The notes beneath the pieces are model-generated. The model made no database searches. It saw nothing but the letters and a program-made list of their open reading frames with translations, and was not told the DNA's origin. Source: Fistulifera solaris (taxonomy: Eukaryota). Taken from it: 64,000 nt of DNA. A program made the translations under genes and the position numbers. Shown piece after piece: positions 10,006 through 20,520 of the stretch. The stretch covers positions 1,240,001 through 1,304,000 of the forward strand of contig AP026126.1 of the NCBI GenBank assembly GCA_030295235.1. The letters run 5' to 3'. Positions within the stretch are counted from its first letter, which is position 1. The number at the start of each line of letters is the position of its first letter.

Positions 10006-12836
10006 CTATTTATCGGCTTGATCTTGCAATAGCTTTCGTTGCGCTTCGAGCAAATGTTGAAGAAGCATCGTTCGATGGTTACTTGGTAACTGGTTCCGAA
10101 TAGACGATCTCCGGACAAATGCGCTCGCACGTTCCAATCCACAGCCAAATTCCATCATGGAATGGGCTAAGGAGCCAAGCTGGGCGAACACGATTGCGTG
10201 AACCTGCGACGCGGCTTCTACCCGCTCGACTGAATTCAGATCGTGCCATTTGGTTTTTCGAACCTGGCCCCACTCACTATTTTGTCGAATCTGACGGGCT
10301 CTCGATATCTTTTGTTTCTCGAAATTCGCCATCACTCCGCTTTGAGTCATTGCCTCGTCAATTTGTTGATTCAGGGCTTCGTCCCAGAACTCATCTTTGG
10401 ACCAAATTGGATGACCAAGTAACTTGTTCCGAATGTATATGCGTTCACTTCGTGAAATCGAAACGTCAAGGGAATGTTCACATGAATCGGATTCGATCAT
10501 GTAGAATGTTTGCGTCAACATGATGCATATCTTTGCATTCGATATTCCCCCTTCCTCATTCGCGCATCCGGTCAAAATGGCAGAGAAAATTTCGCAGAGA
10601 CCATCGAATTGAAGTTTCGTCAGCACATGGGCATTGTCGCTCCTTTTAAATTCAAAGCATAGCACAAAGCTGACCGCGATGATTTTCCTTGGTGGGCAGT
10701 TTGGCATAGAAACGATACTGTACTATCGAACTCATCGCGAATTCTCGCTGTGTCGTCGTTCATAAGCAAATCTTGCTGCAATTCTGATGTTGTAGCGAAC
10801 AACTTTTGAATGGAATCGTTGATTTTTTCTATTGACGACTCAAAAACAGCTTCATTCATTTCCGGGATCACCGATGGTGCTTGATCGGTACTGGTACCGT
10901 CAACGCGCTTCGAGGACTCCTGATGAGAGCCACCTGTCATGGCCTCTACGTGACTACTAAGTGTAGCAAGCGCCGAAGCCACTCCGCCATCATCATCGTC
11001 ACCGAGATGACTGGAGCCACCGGGGCTCCTCTTGTCGGCCTCTATGTAGAAATCCAAGTCGCGTCGCACATCTATCGCATCGATCGACTCTTCTACCGCA
11101 GCAAGTGATGTCAACCGATCTTCCAGAGACGCTCGTTCCAGCTCAATCCAGAATTTCAAGCATCGTGCCTGAGCGTTTCCTGCGGCAAGAAGACAAGCTT
11201 CAGCCGCTGTTCGAGCCGAACGACGCGTAGTATCTAAAGTAGACAGAAGATTCAGTAAATCTCGAGCGGCGTCTTCAATATCTTCATCAGCTTGTAGTGC
11301 TGTCTTTCTCAAATCCGGTAGACCAACGTAATGTTCAATTTGTTCACGTGATGCTGTGGGTCCGACAAGCTGGTCGTTAAATTCATCATCTCCTTCATCT
11401 CCATTGAAAGTAGCTTGGTCTTGTGGAAGTGAGAAAGGGGCGCTGGGTAGATCCATCGGTTCAAAACTACCATCTTCCATCATATCTGCGACACCTTTGG
11501 CTATATCAGAGATCTCCTCCGACGTTGTACCGAGAATGGCCGCCGACTGTCCGTCTTTTTGCTTTTTTAACTTATCCAGACGCAATCTCTGACGATCCAT
11601 ACTTCTTTGTTTTAAAGCTTGTTCCATCTTCTTTTGGCACTTTAACTCAGCGTTGTAAACATTTTCCCAACATCGATCAGCGTTCTGCTTAAGCTGCGAG
11701 ACCCTCTCTTCCATAATTCGTACACGTTTCAATATTTCGGTCAAAGCTTGTTGCCTTCCGGCAACGCGTTGTGCAGTTTTATCCATTGCAGCCCTGTATG
11801 CGGTCAAAAATCCTTCATACGACGAATCGCTCTGGGTCACTGCCGAGAAGCTATTGCGGAGTTTGCCATGATCTGTAGCGGCCGATGCCTTTTGTAATCG
11901 TTGAAGATCCGCTTCGGCCATAGATAAGTGATATTGTTCCAACGCCTGAATGGCTTGATACACCGTACTTGTGGACGGTGACAGGAGAGGTCCTACGCGT
12001 TCTGTCGTTTCTTCAAAATCCACTGCTCGTGGATCAAGAAGTTCCCAGTCCGACGACACCGTCCTGCCACGGCCTGAGTACCAGGCACTGCCGGTTCCAT
12101 TTGAAGTTACAACAGAAGGATGCGTCTGTCGCCATCGTTGACATAATTTGCTTACATCTGCACATATCTGCTGTTTGCTGGCCGTCAAAACATCATGGCA
12201 GAAGCTCCCCAGATGCTGCATGGACTGTTCTGTCTGATACAAGGCATGCGATGTCGCCGGTATAGACCATCCTTTGGCGCTAAATCCATTAAAATGCTGA
12301 TCCTTTTGCAAATCATTCCCCAAAAAGATTGCCGATTCGTAATCTTCTTTTCCTTGCGCGATAAGTTGTGAAAACAAGGTCAAAGCATCTTCATCTCGTT
12401 CCGGGTTCACATCCTCGCCATTGTTTTCTGAAACACCCTCCATACGATTGCCAGTTTTCTTCCACTGCGACGCAACTGTCTGACTGTTCACTAGTAGTAG
12501 ATCCCCGTCTGGTGAGACTAAAACCGAACAATCCATGAGACCCGATTGGGGATCTTTCCGAGCCGCCAGAACGGTATTTTCTTTCCGCAATCCGGAGGCA
12601 GCACCGAGGGCATCGGCGGCGTGAACACACGCATCAAATGTAGCGAGACCCGCCATTTTCTTGTTATCAGCATTCGTCCATCTCTTCTTTGGTGCTTTCT
12701 TTTCATTGAAACGAGCTTTGGGTGAGTTTGGCGCAGGAGACTGTTCCGTTGAAAGAACAAGTTCACCGTTGTCGTCTTTGTCGACTTTGCCGCCGCTATT
12801 CTCTTTCGAGAATTGGCGTTTCAGAGCGCGGATCAT
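10006..12836 (-). CDS. Large coiled-coil protein with C-terminal SBF1/SBF2-like domain
   Basis: 738-aa and 233-aa ORFs joined by a frameshift near 10645. The C-terminal pattern AKICIMLTQTFY..LLGHPIWSKDEFW..VFAQLGSLAHSMMEFG resembles the SBF2 domain. Confidence 0.65.
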
Positions 12837-13275
12837 TGTGTGAAAGCTCTGTTGTGTTTTTAAGCGCTCTTTTGTCTCCCACGGTGTCTATGCTGTTTCA
12901 CCGAAGATCATATAACATCCGCGAAGTCGGTAGTCCAGCGAACCGAAAGAATAGAAAAGGATGAAAAAGCATGCGTTGGCTTTTATTGCGGATGACTTTT
13001 TCACGTTTCTCAGTCCGATGACGTTTCATAGTATAAGAGTGGAACAGGTATTCTTTAATAATTGAAAGTCTTTGGTACCGGTACGTCATTCAGTGTTGCA
13101 GGTGCATTTTTTGACGTGTTCGTTATCCTTTTGACCACATCGCAAAACGACAAAATGAATTTCGTTGCCTTCTTTTTCCTCGTTCTCTCTCCGCGACGCC
13201 CAAAGCCTTCATCTTTCGTCATACGTGACTATTTGCTACATGATGGTAGCAAGACATTTATCGGCGATTAACAGG

Positions 13276-14280
13276 ATGCGTTATCTTCGATTGGTGGGAA
13301 CGATCTCGGGCTTGGTAGCATTTCCCCCTTTCGTTCATTCCTTTGCGCTGCCAACTGTAGTACAGGACGGACAGAAACCAACCGTTTTCAAAAGATTCTT
13401 CGCATTGTCATCTCGAGCATCCTCTGAAATGGAAACAATGGCTGGATGTGACGATAGATGGAGTGACATTCTTCCGTTTGAAACAGGTAGTCACAATTCT
13501 GCCAAAATAATCATTCCTTCCGCATTTTCTAGCAATGACCCCTTTCTTTCACAAAACATTACAAATTTATTCCAATCGACGGTTCTAGCCTGCAAGATGA
13601 ATGATAAATCGAGTATATGGGTGCACGTTCCCATGACGCGAAGTTCTATCATCGAGGCCGGTCAATTGTACGAGTTGGGATTTCGTTTTCACCACGCCAT
13701 AGACGACGTTTCCGTATTGAATTTATGGCTCCGTAACAGTGAAAGCAAAGTCCCCAATTTTTCGACACATAATGTGGGAGTGGGTGCCTTTGTTGTGAAC
13801 AGCCAGAATCAAGTTTTGTGTGTTCGCGAACTACGGAAAAATTATATGCCGTGGAAAACGCCCACAGGAACCTCGGAATTGGGAGAATCGATCGAAGATG
13901 CCGCAATCCGAGAAGTGTTCGAAGAAACAGGGATCCGAACGACGTTTCATAGTATTCTTGGGTTTCGTCAAACGCATGGTATGGCTCACGGGAGATCCGA
14001 CCTGTACTTTGTTTGCCGTCTCGATCCGATCGAAGAACAGGACGACAGGGGCAATGTCGTCATTCCTACACCTTGTGCTCAAGCATGTGAAATAGAAACT
14101 GCCGAATGGGTCCCTTTCGATGATTACAAGCGAATGGTCGACGGAGAAGGTTCTCAAAAAGGTCATCCGATGATGTCTCATGTAGTTCACGCTTACGAGA
14201 TGGGTCGGATAATCGAAAAGAAAGTGGTGGCAAGTGTAGTTCCTGGTCGCCTACCCAATGATGTCTACTTTCCTCGATAA
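13276..14280 (+). CDS. Nudix hydrolase, NUDT6/plant NUDT8-like, with N-terminal presequence
   Basis: GFRFHHA, THNVGVGAFVVN, Nudix box GTSELGESIEDAAIREVFEETGI, FRQTH..SDLYFVC. Start ATG chosen at the hydrophobic leader. Confidence 0.88.
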   Translation: MRYLRLVGTISGLVAFPPFVHSFALPTVVQDGQKPTVFKRFFALSSRASSEMETMAGCDDRWSDILPFETGSHNSAKIIIPSAFSSNDPFLSQNITNLFQSTVLACKMNDKSSIWVHVPMTRSSIIEAGQLYELGFRFHHAIDDVSVLNLWLRNSESKVPNFSTHNVGVGAFVVNSQNQVLCVRELRKNYMPWKTPTGTSELGESIEDAAIREVFEETGIRTTFHSILGFRQTHGMAHGRSDLYFVCRLDPIEEQDDRGNVVIPTPCAQACEIETAEWVPFDDYKRMVDGEGSQKGHPMMSHVVHAYEMGRIIEKKVVASVVPGRLPNDVYFPR

Positions 14281-14408
14281 ATCTACGATTTTGAAGTCTT
14301 AAGAACTACTCTAGATATTGTCAAGTATATAGAAGGTCTCATCTGGTACTATGCATTATGGGGCTCCGCCCTGTGAGTAAACAGAAAAGGTTCCTCCTGT
14401 CAAGCGCC

Positions 14409-14696
14409 TTAACGGGCCCGTTGACGCATCTTACGACGCTTGCGTCTGAGACGACGCATGCGCTTTTTGCGCCACTTGGGACGCATACCGGCCTGAACTT
14501 CCAAAGCCATGGCGAGTTCGTCCTCTTCTTCGACACCGTTGGCAGCCAAAGTGCCACCCTCGAGGATATCACTGCCGCGCATGAGGCGGATCTGACCAGA
14601 AGGAACAAATTCCTTGTTCTCAATGGCGAGTTTGAGCGACTCAACCGAGTCGGTGGCGTCCACGTTGTACGCCGTAGCACCTACGAAAATCTGCAT
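14409..14696 (-). CDS. RPL41: Ubiquitin-like domain fused to ribosomal protein eL41
   Basis: About 70-aa acidic Ubl (MQIFV..VESLKLAIENKEFVP..QIRL..LEGGTLAANGV) followed by the 25-aa eL41 sequence MRPKWRKKRMRRLRRKRRKMRQRAR. Confidence 0.92.
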   Translation of the reverse strand: MQIFVGATAYNVDATDSVESLKLAIENKEFVPSGQIRLMRGSDILEGGTLAANGVEEEDELAMALEVQAGMRPKWRKKRMRRLRRKRRKMRQRAR

Positions 14697-15370
14697 GATT
14701 GCTGTTTTTAGACAACTGGTTGCTCAGACCTAACAGCACGAGTATGAATGGTAAGATATATAGCTCATAAGAATGAGTGAAATAATAAAAAGGCTCATTT
14801 TGGTAATTCCACGCTATGAAACCTTCACGATTTCAAGTCACAACGCCTTAAAGGCGTCAAGCGGGCACATAAATCGTGACATGCTTCAATCGCTGCAACC
14901 GCGCCTCTTGCAAAGCACCGACTGGCTCTCAATACCAATCCAGGACAAGCTATATTCACGAAGGAACGAAATGATAGAAAATAACATATTTATCGAACAT
15001 ACCTTATTACAAGGGAACAGACTGCAGTTATGAGTGTTTCGTTGAAAGGCTGCGGTGGAGGGAGGCTCAACAGCACTGCGTACCTCTAGTAGCGGTCCGT
15101 ACATTTTGTACGCAAAAGGAGCACAGCCTGAAAATTGGAGGACGAGAAGGCATCGAAAACAAAGTAGCGGACGACGAGAAGACGGTCCTTCAGATATGTA
15201 GACATCGATTTATGGTGTGACACAATCCTACAGTATGAGTGAGTGAAGAAGTGCCGCAGTCCCATCCCCTTTCGCACGTTCGTCGCGAATGCAGCGTGAT
15301 GAAAGCAGCAAACAGCACGATAGAAAGGCTCATTAACAAGAAAACAATCCATAAAAATTGCAACAACAAA

Positions 15371-18300
15371 ATGACTCCAGTAGGAAAGAACATAGAAGAC
15401 ATGAAAGAAGATGACCGAGGCATTCGATTCGGCGAGGGTGTAGGCTATGATGATGGATACGGTGACAACGATGAAGAGTTTGTTTCCGAATTGCCCACTG
15501 CGGAAGAAGAAAATGCGGTCGAAGATGAAGAAATTGATGAAGGTAATGCACGTAGCCATCCCAGTAGTATTATCGGTCGATCGTCGGTAGGTACTCACAC
15601 GTTGCTCCTCTTTGTTTCCCCATTCCGTACAATTTCTCACAGCACTTTGTTCTTCCAGACTGAAGAAGGAGGAGAAAATACAGATCCTTTCAAAGGACGA
15701 TCTTCTGGTTCTGGACTTGTAAACACGAGAATTGCCGATCGAGAATCGGATTATCAGAGACGTAGACACGATAGGGTACTTCGTGAAGAAGGTGTCTCGT
15801 TCAAAGATGCGATGAAACAGGCTAATATGGAGAAAGAGGAAGATGAACTGCATCGAGATTTGGCCAAGCTGCAAAAGAGGCTGCTGAAGCTGCGGATATG
15901 GCAGACGACGGTGGCGAGAATGGTTCCCGAAGGCGTAAGAGACGGTGGGATGCCACGGGGCGGATCCTACACCCGACAATAAGGAGGACTCGGCACTTAT
16001 TTCGGATAATGAATCAATTGTGTCTTCACAAAACAAATGGGATGTAGACCCTGCCGCAGAGCGATCGTCTTCAAGTCGTCGAAAGAAACGTTGGGATGAG
16101 ACTCCTGTTATTAGTGCTTCTGGTGTAGCGGCGACACCAATGGTTGCATCAGGTGTATCAAAATGGGATCAGACCCCGCTTGTGGCGTCGGGGGCGCAAG
16201 TTGGTGCCACTCCTGTTGTCGGCGCCTCTGCGGGTCGAAATCGATGGGACGCGACACCGCTCACAACGACAACTACGACGACTGGTGTCCCACAAACCCC
16301 ATCCGGTGGACTCGTCTCTAAGGCAGCGGCCTTGCAGCAAGAAATGGAATCGAGGAACCGACCGTGGACTGATACGGCCTTGGATGCTATTTTGCCTTCG
16401 GAAGGGTATACTATTTTGCGTCCACCGGCTAATTACATTCCTCTTCGGACACCAGGTCGTAAACTGCTAGCGACACCCACACCTCTTTCCATGACTCCGG
16501 CTGGGTTTCAGATGGAAATCCCTATCGAACAGCGGGTGGATGCATCGATTCAGGAAATTCGTGCCGCTTACGGTGTACCAGTCGGTCCTGAAACCGATCA
16601 GTCGGGGCTTCCTTCTTCTTTGCCTAACATAAAACCCGAAGATATGCAATATTTTGGACGTCTTCTTGAAGATGCCGACGAAGACAAATTATCTAAAGAT
16701 GAGCAGAAGGAACGCCAGATTATGGCTTTGCTGCTGAAGATCAAGAGCGGCACCCCACCGCAACGCAAGACTGCAATGCGACAGATCACCGACCGGGCTC
16801 GATTTTTCGGGGCCGGTCCACTTTTAATCAGATATTGCCACTTCTCATGAGTCCTTCTTTGGAAGATCAAGAGCGACACCTGCTTGTCAAAGTGATTGAT
16901 CGGGTTCTCTACAAATTGGACGATCTCGTGCGGCCATTTGTTCATCGCATTCTGGCTGTTATCGAGCCCCTTTTGATTGACGAGGACTACTACGCCCGAG
17001 TAGAAGGAAGAGAGATTATCAGCAATCTGGCCAAGGCCGCTGGGCTCCCAACGATGATCGCGACTATGCGCCCCGACATTGACAGCCCCGATGAGTATGT
17101 TCGAAACACTACTTCTAGAGCGTTTGCGGTTGTTGCCAGTGCGCTTGGAGTATCTGCTTTGCTTCCTTTTCTCAAAGCCGTTTGTCAATCACGAAAATCA
17201 TGGCAAGCTCGCCACACCGGTATTAAGATCGTGCAACAGATTGCGCTTTTAATGGGAATTGCTGTTCTCCCTTATCTTCGAGAACTTGTTGAAATTGTGA
17301 GTCATGGATTGGAGGACGACATGCTCAAAGTCCGAATCATAACGGCTCTCACCTGTGCAGCGTTGGCCGAAGCGTCCCATCCTTTTGGTGCGGAAAGCTT
17401 CGATGTGGCTATCCGTCCCCTTTGGAAAGGAGCTATGGAGCAGAACGGCAAATCCTTAGCTGCTTTTCTGAAAGCCATTGGATTCATCATCCCCCTGATG
17501 GAAGAAAATTATGCGAGCCACTACACTCGCCTGGTTATGCCGATTCTTCTCCGAGAGTTTCACTCTCCTGACGAAGAAATGAAACGAATTGTTCTTAAAG
17601 TTATACAGCAATGTGTTGCAACGGCTGGTGTCGAGCCTGACTACATCCGTCAAGAAATTCTTCCGGAGTTCTTCAAAAACTTTTGGATTCGTCGAATGGC
17701 ATTGGACCGACGAAACTACAAACAAGTAGTTGAAACGACCGAAGAGCTTGCCAATAAAGTTGGGTGCTCTGACATTGTCGTTCGGATCGTTGATGACCTG
17801 AAAGATGATTCCGAACCATACCGAAGAATGGTCATGGAAACGGTCAAAAAGTGATTGAAAATTTGGGTGGAAGTGATATCGATGATCGTCTAGAAGAAAG
17901 ATTAATTGACGGAATTCTATACGCTTTCCAAGAGCAGGCCGTTGACGCAAGTAACACTGGAGCGAACAGCTTTGGCAGAGAAAGTCAGACCATGTTGGAA
18001 GGTTTCGGAACTGTGGTGAACGCGCTAGGAGAGCGATGCAAGCCTTATTTGAAACAGATTGCAGCTACAATCAAGTGGCGTCTAAACAATAAAGCCTCTA
18101 CCGTCCGGATGCAAGCGGCTGATTTGATTGGCCGCATTGCAGTTGTTATGAAGGCATGCGGAGAAGATCAGCTGATGGGGCATTTAGGAGTTGTTCTCTA
18201 TGAATACCTGGGCGAAGAATACCCAGAAGTCTTGGGATCCATCCTCGGAGCCCTACGTTCAATCGTGTCATCGATCGGAATGACTAAGATGCAGCCTCCT

Positions 18301-19179
18301 ATTCGAGATCTATTGCCGCGACTCACACCAATTCTTCGCAATCGTCACGAGAAAGTTCAAGAAAATGTTATTGATCTTGTGGGGCGCATTGCCGACAGGG
18401 GCGCTGAATTTGTGTCTGCCAAAGAATGGATGAGAATCTGTTTTGAGTTGCTTGAGATGTTGAAAGCGCAGAAGAAGGCTATTCGTAGAGCAGCCGTGAG
18501 TACGTTTGGTTTCATTGCCAAGGCCATCGGACCCCAAGATGTCTTGCATACACTTCTGAACAACTTAAAGGTCCAAGATCGACAGATGCGTGTGTGCACT
18601 ACTGTAGCAATAGCTATTGTCGCTGAAACGTGTGGGCCGTTTACAGTTCTCCCTGCTTTAATGAACGAATACAGAGTTCCTGAGCTAAATATCCAAAATG
18701 GAGTACTGAAGGCGATGAGTTTTATGTTCGAGTACATCGGAGATATGGGCAAGGATTATATCTATGCCGTTTGTCCGCTCTTGGAAGATGCCCTAATGGA
18801 GCGCGATCCCGTCCATCGACAAACTGCTTGTTCGACAGTCAAGCATCTTGCGCTTGGAGTCGCTGGATGTGGATGCGAAGACGCGTTGATCCACCTGCTG
18901 AACTTTGTTTGGCCAAACATCTTCGAGGAAAGTCCGCACGTGATCCAAGCCGTTATGGACGCTATCCAAGGCTTGATGGTTGCCCTTGGACCGAACATAA
19001 TTCTACAGTACACTATTCAGGGGTTGTATCACCCGGCACGAAAAGTGCGTGAAGTCTATTGGAGGATCTATAATTCTCTTTACATTTATAATGCTGACGC
19101 GCTTGTTGCGGCGTACCCGCTGATCGAAGATGAAGGGGGAAATACCTACTCTCGTACAGCTCTTGAGCTTTTCATTTAA
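15371..19179 (+). CDS. SF3B1: Splicing factor 3B subunit 1
   Basis: RWDETP/ULM repeats, [41 protein letters not shown] and HEAT repeats to [12 protein letters not shown]. Probable intron about 15587-15658. Frameshifts near 15870, 16825 and 17848. Confidence 0.97.
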
Positions 19180-19279
19180 ACAACTTTGCAGTACAAGCAA
19201 AAAATTAATTCTTATAAAAAGTTTCGTCACATCGTGTAATATTGTGCGGCAAAAGCTGAGAATAATTATTGTCCCAATC

Positions 19280-20086
19280 CTAAAGAATGGACTTCAAATC
19301 AGCTGCAAGCAATTGCCACAATCTCATCTTCGTCTGAAGTTCGGCTAGACGAGATTCGTCCGAATCTTTACTACTATCTCGTTGCATTGTTGTGTCTTGG
19401 TAACTAGCACCATTCAACAAGAGATGGAGTTTCTTTTGTTCCTCGCTCGCGATTGCCTGTTTCAAAACTGACACTTCTTGACCAAGACCGGATATGAGTT
19501 GTTCGGCTGCGCTCAGCAGAGGTTTCAAAGCATGTTTCTGATGATTATAAACATCTTTGAAAAATCGAGCCTCCTTGCCGAGAAGTTGCGCAATGATGAA
19601 AAAGGAGTTATCTCGAAGCGGATGCGGTTCCGATAGGGAAATTGGACTAGAGGTTGCAAATTTGGAATGAAATACGCTAGATCGAGGGGTCAATCCAATA
19701 CGTCCAGGTGTCTGCTTCGCCGGCGATCGAGCTTTAGTATTCGCTTTGAGCTGCATTGCCTCTCGCCTAATATTATTCCAGAGAACGGCTTCCTTCTTTG
19801 CGCTGCTTATGCTAGGGCGATTGACGAGGAAATCTCCGATCTTGGTCCAAATGTCGTCGTCTATTTTGTCACCGCTAACGTCGCTAACGTCGCAATGACT
19901 CTGAACTGCATCTGACAAGTTTGATTTTCCATCGTAAAGAGATCTCAGCATCTTGAAATGAAAGTCGACAAAGCGAAACTTGGAAGCAAGTTCGACGGCA
20001 GCTTCTTCGCTGTCATCGCTCAACCGAGCACGCTTGCGAGACTGATCATCCACATCCTCCGCTTGGTCTCGAATATCCTTGTTCAT
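19280..20086 (-). CDS. Hypothetical protein, 268 aa, helical/coiled-coil C-terminus
   Basis: Uninterrupted ATG-started ORF filling the space between two genes. No family recognised. Confidence 0.6.
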   Translation of the reverse strand: MNKDIRDQAEDVDDQSRKRARLSDDSEEAAVELASKFRFVDFHFKMLRSLYDGKSNLSDAVQSHCDVSDVSGDKIDDDIWTKIGDFLVNRPSISSAKKEAVLWNNIRREAMQLKANTKARSPAKQTPGRIGLTPRSSVFHSKFATSSPISLSEPHPLRDNSFFIIAQLLGKEARFFKDVYNHQKHALKPLLSAAEQLISGLGQEVSVLKQAIASEEQKKLHLLLNGASYQDTTMQRDSSKDSDESRLAELQTKMRLWQLLAADLKSIL

Positions 20087-20520
20087 ATTATGTCAAGATC
20101 GTAGACGGTCTGGTCAAAAGTCAAACGTAATGCGGTGCAGCAACAACACCTACCTGCGACCTTGACTGCATAACCAGCACGGCATCACAGAGTAATTACC
20201 AGTATAACTCTCATCTCTCATGGCAAAAAGCAATGCGTTGCTTCTCTGCTGAGGTTAAGGTTAATTCTCGACGGAGGGGGTACCCGGATATGAAAGAATT
20301 TTACGACCCTCTACCTGGTACGGTACTTGTACCCGTACCAGGAAACGGCGTTAAAATTCTGCCTCGTCGTGGACAATACGTAGAAATCTTGTACTGTACT
20401 GGGAGGCAGAATTTTAACGTCCTTTCCAGGTGCCATGCTATCCACCAGGTACTTGGTATAATTAATTGCAACAAGTACAGTACCTGGTAAAGATGAATAC
20501 CATTATAAATTTGCATCAAA

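Larger units (their letters stand above)
3500..10097. repeat. Tandem duplication, unit about 3298 bp (3500-6799 and 6798-10097)
   Basis: Identical ORF sets at offset 3297-3298. The junction ...AACTGGTT-CC-AAAGCATA has 2-bp microhomology. The only differences noticed are T-run lengths. Confidence 0.97.

Noticed and set aside
15086..16036. 316-aa minus-strand ORF and similar antisense ORFs across the window
   Set aside because: Shadow frames opposite well-supported genes.
15870..17855. Programmed ribosomal frameshifting or pseudogenisation of SF3B1 and other genes
   Set aside because: Breaks fall mostly on homopolymers throughout the window in highly conserved genes; sequencing error is the simpler explanation.
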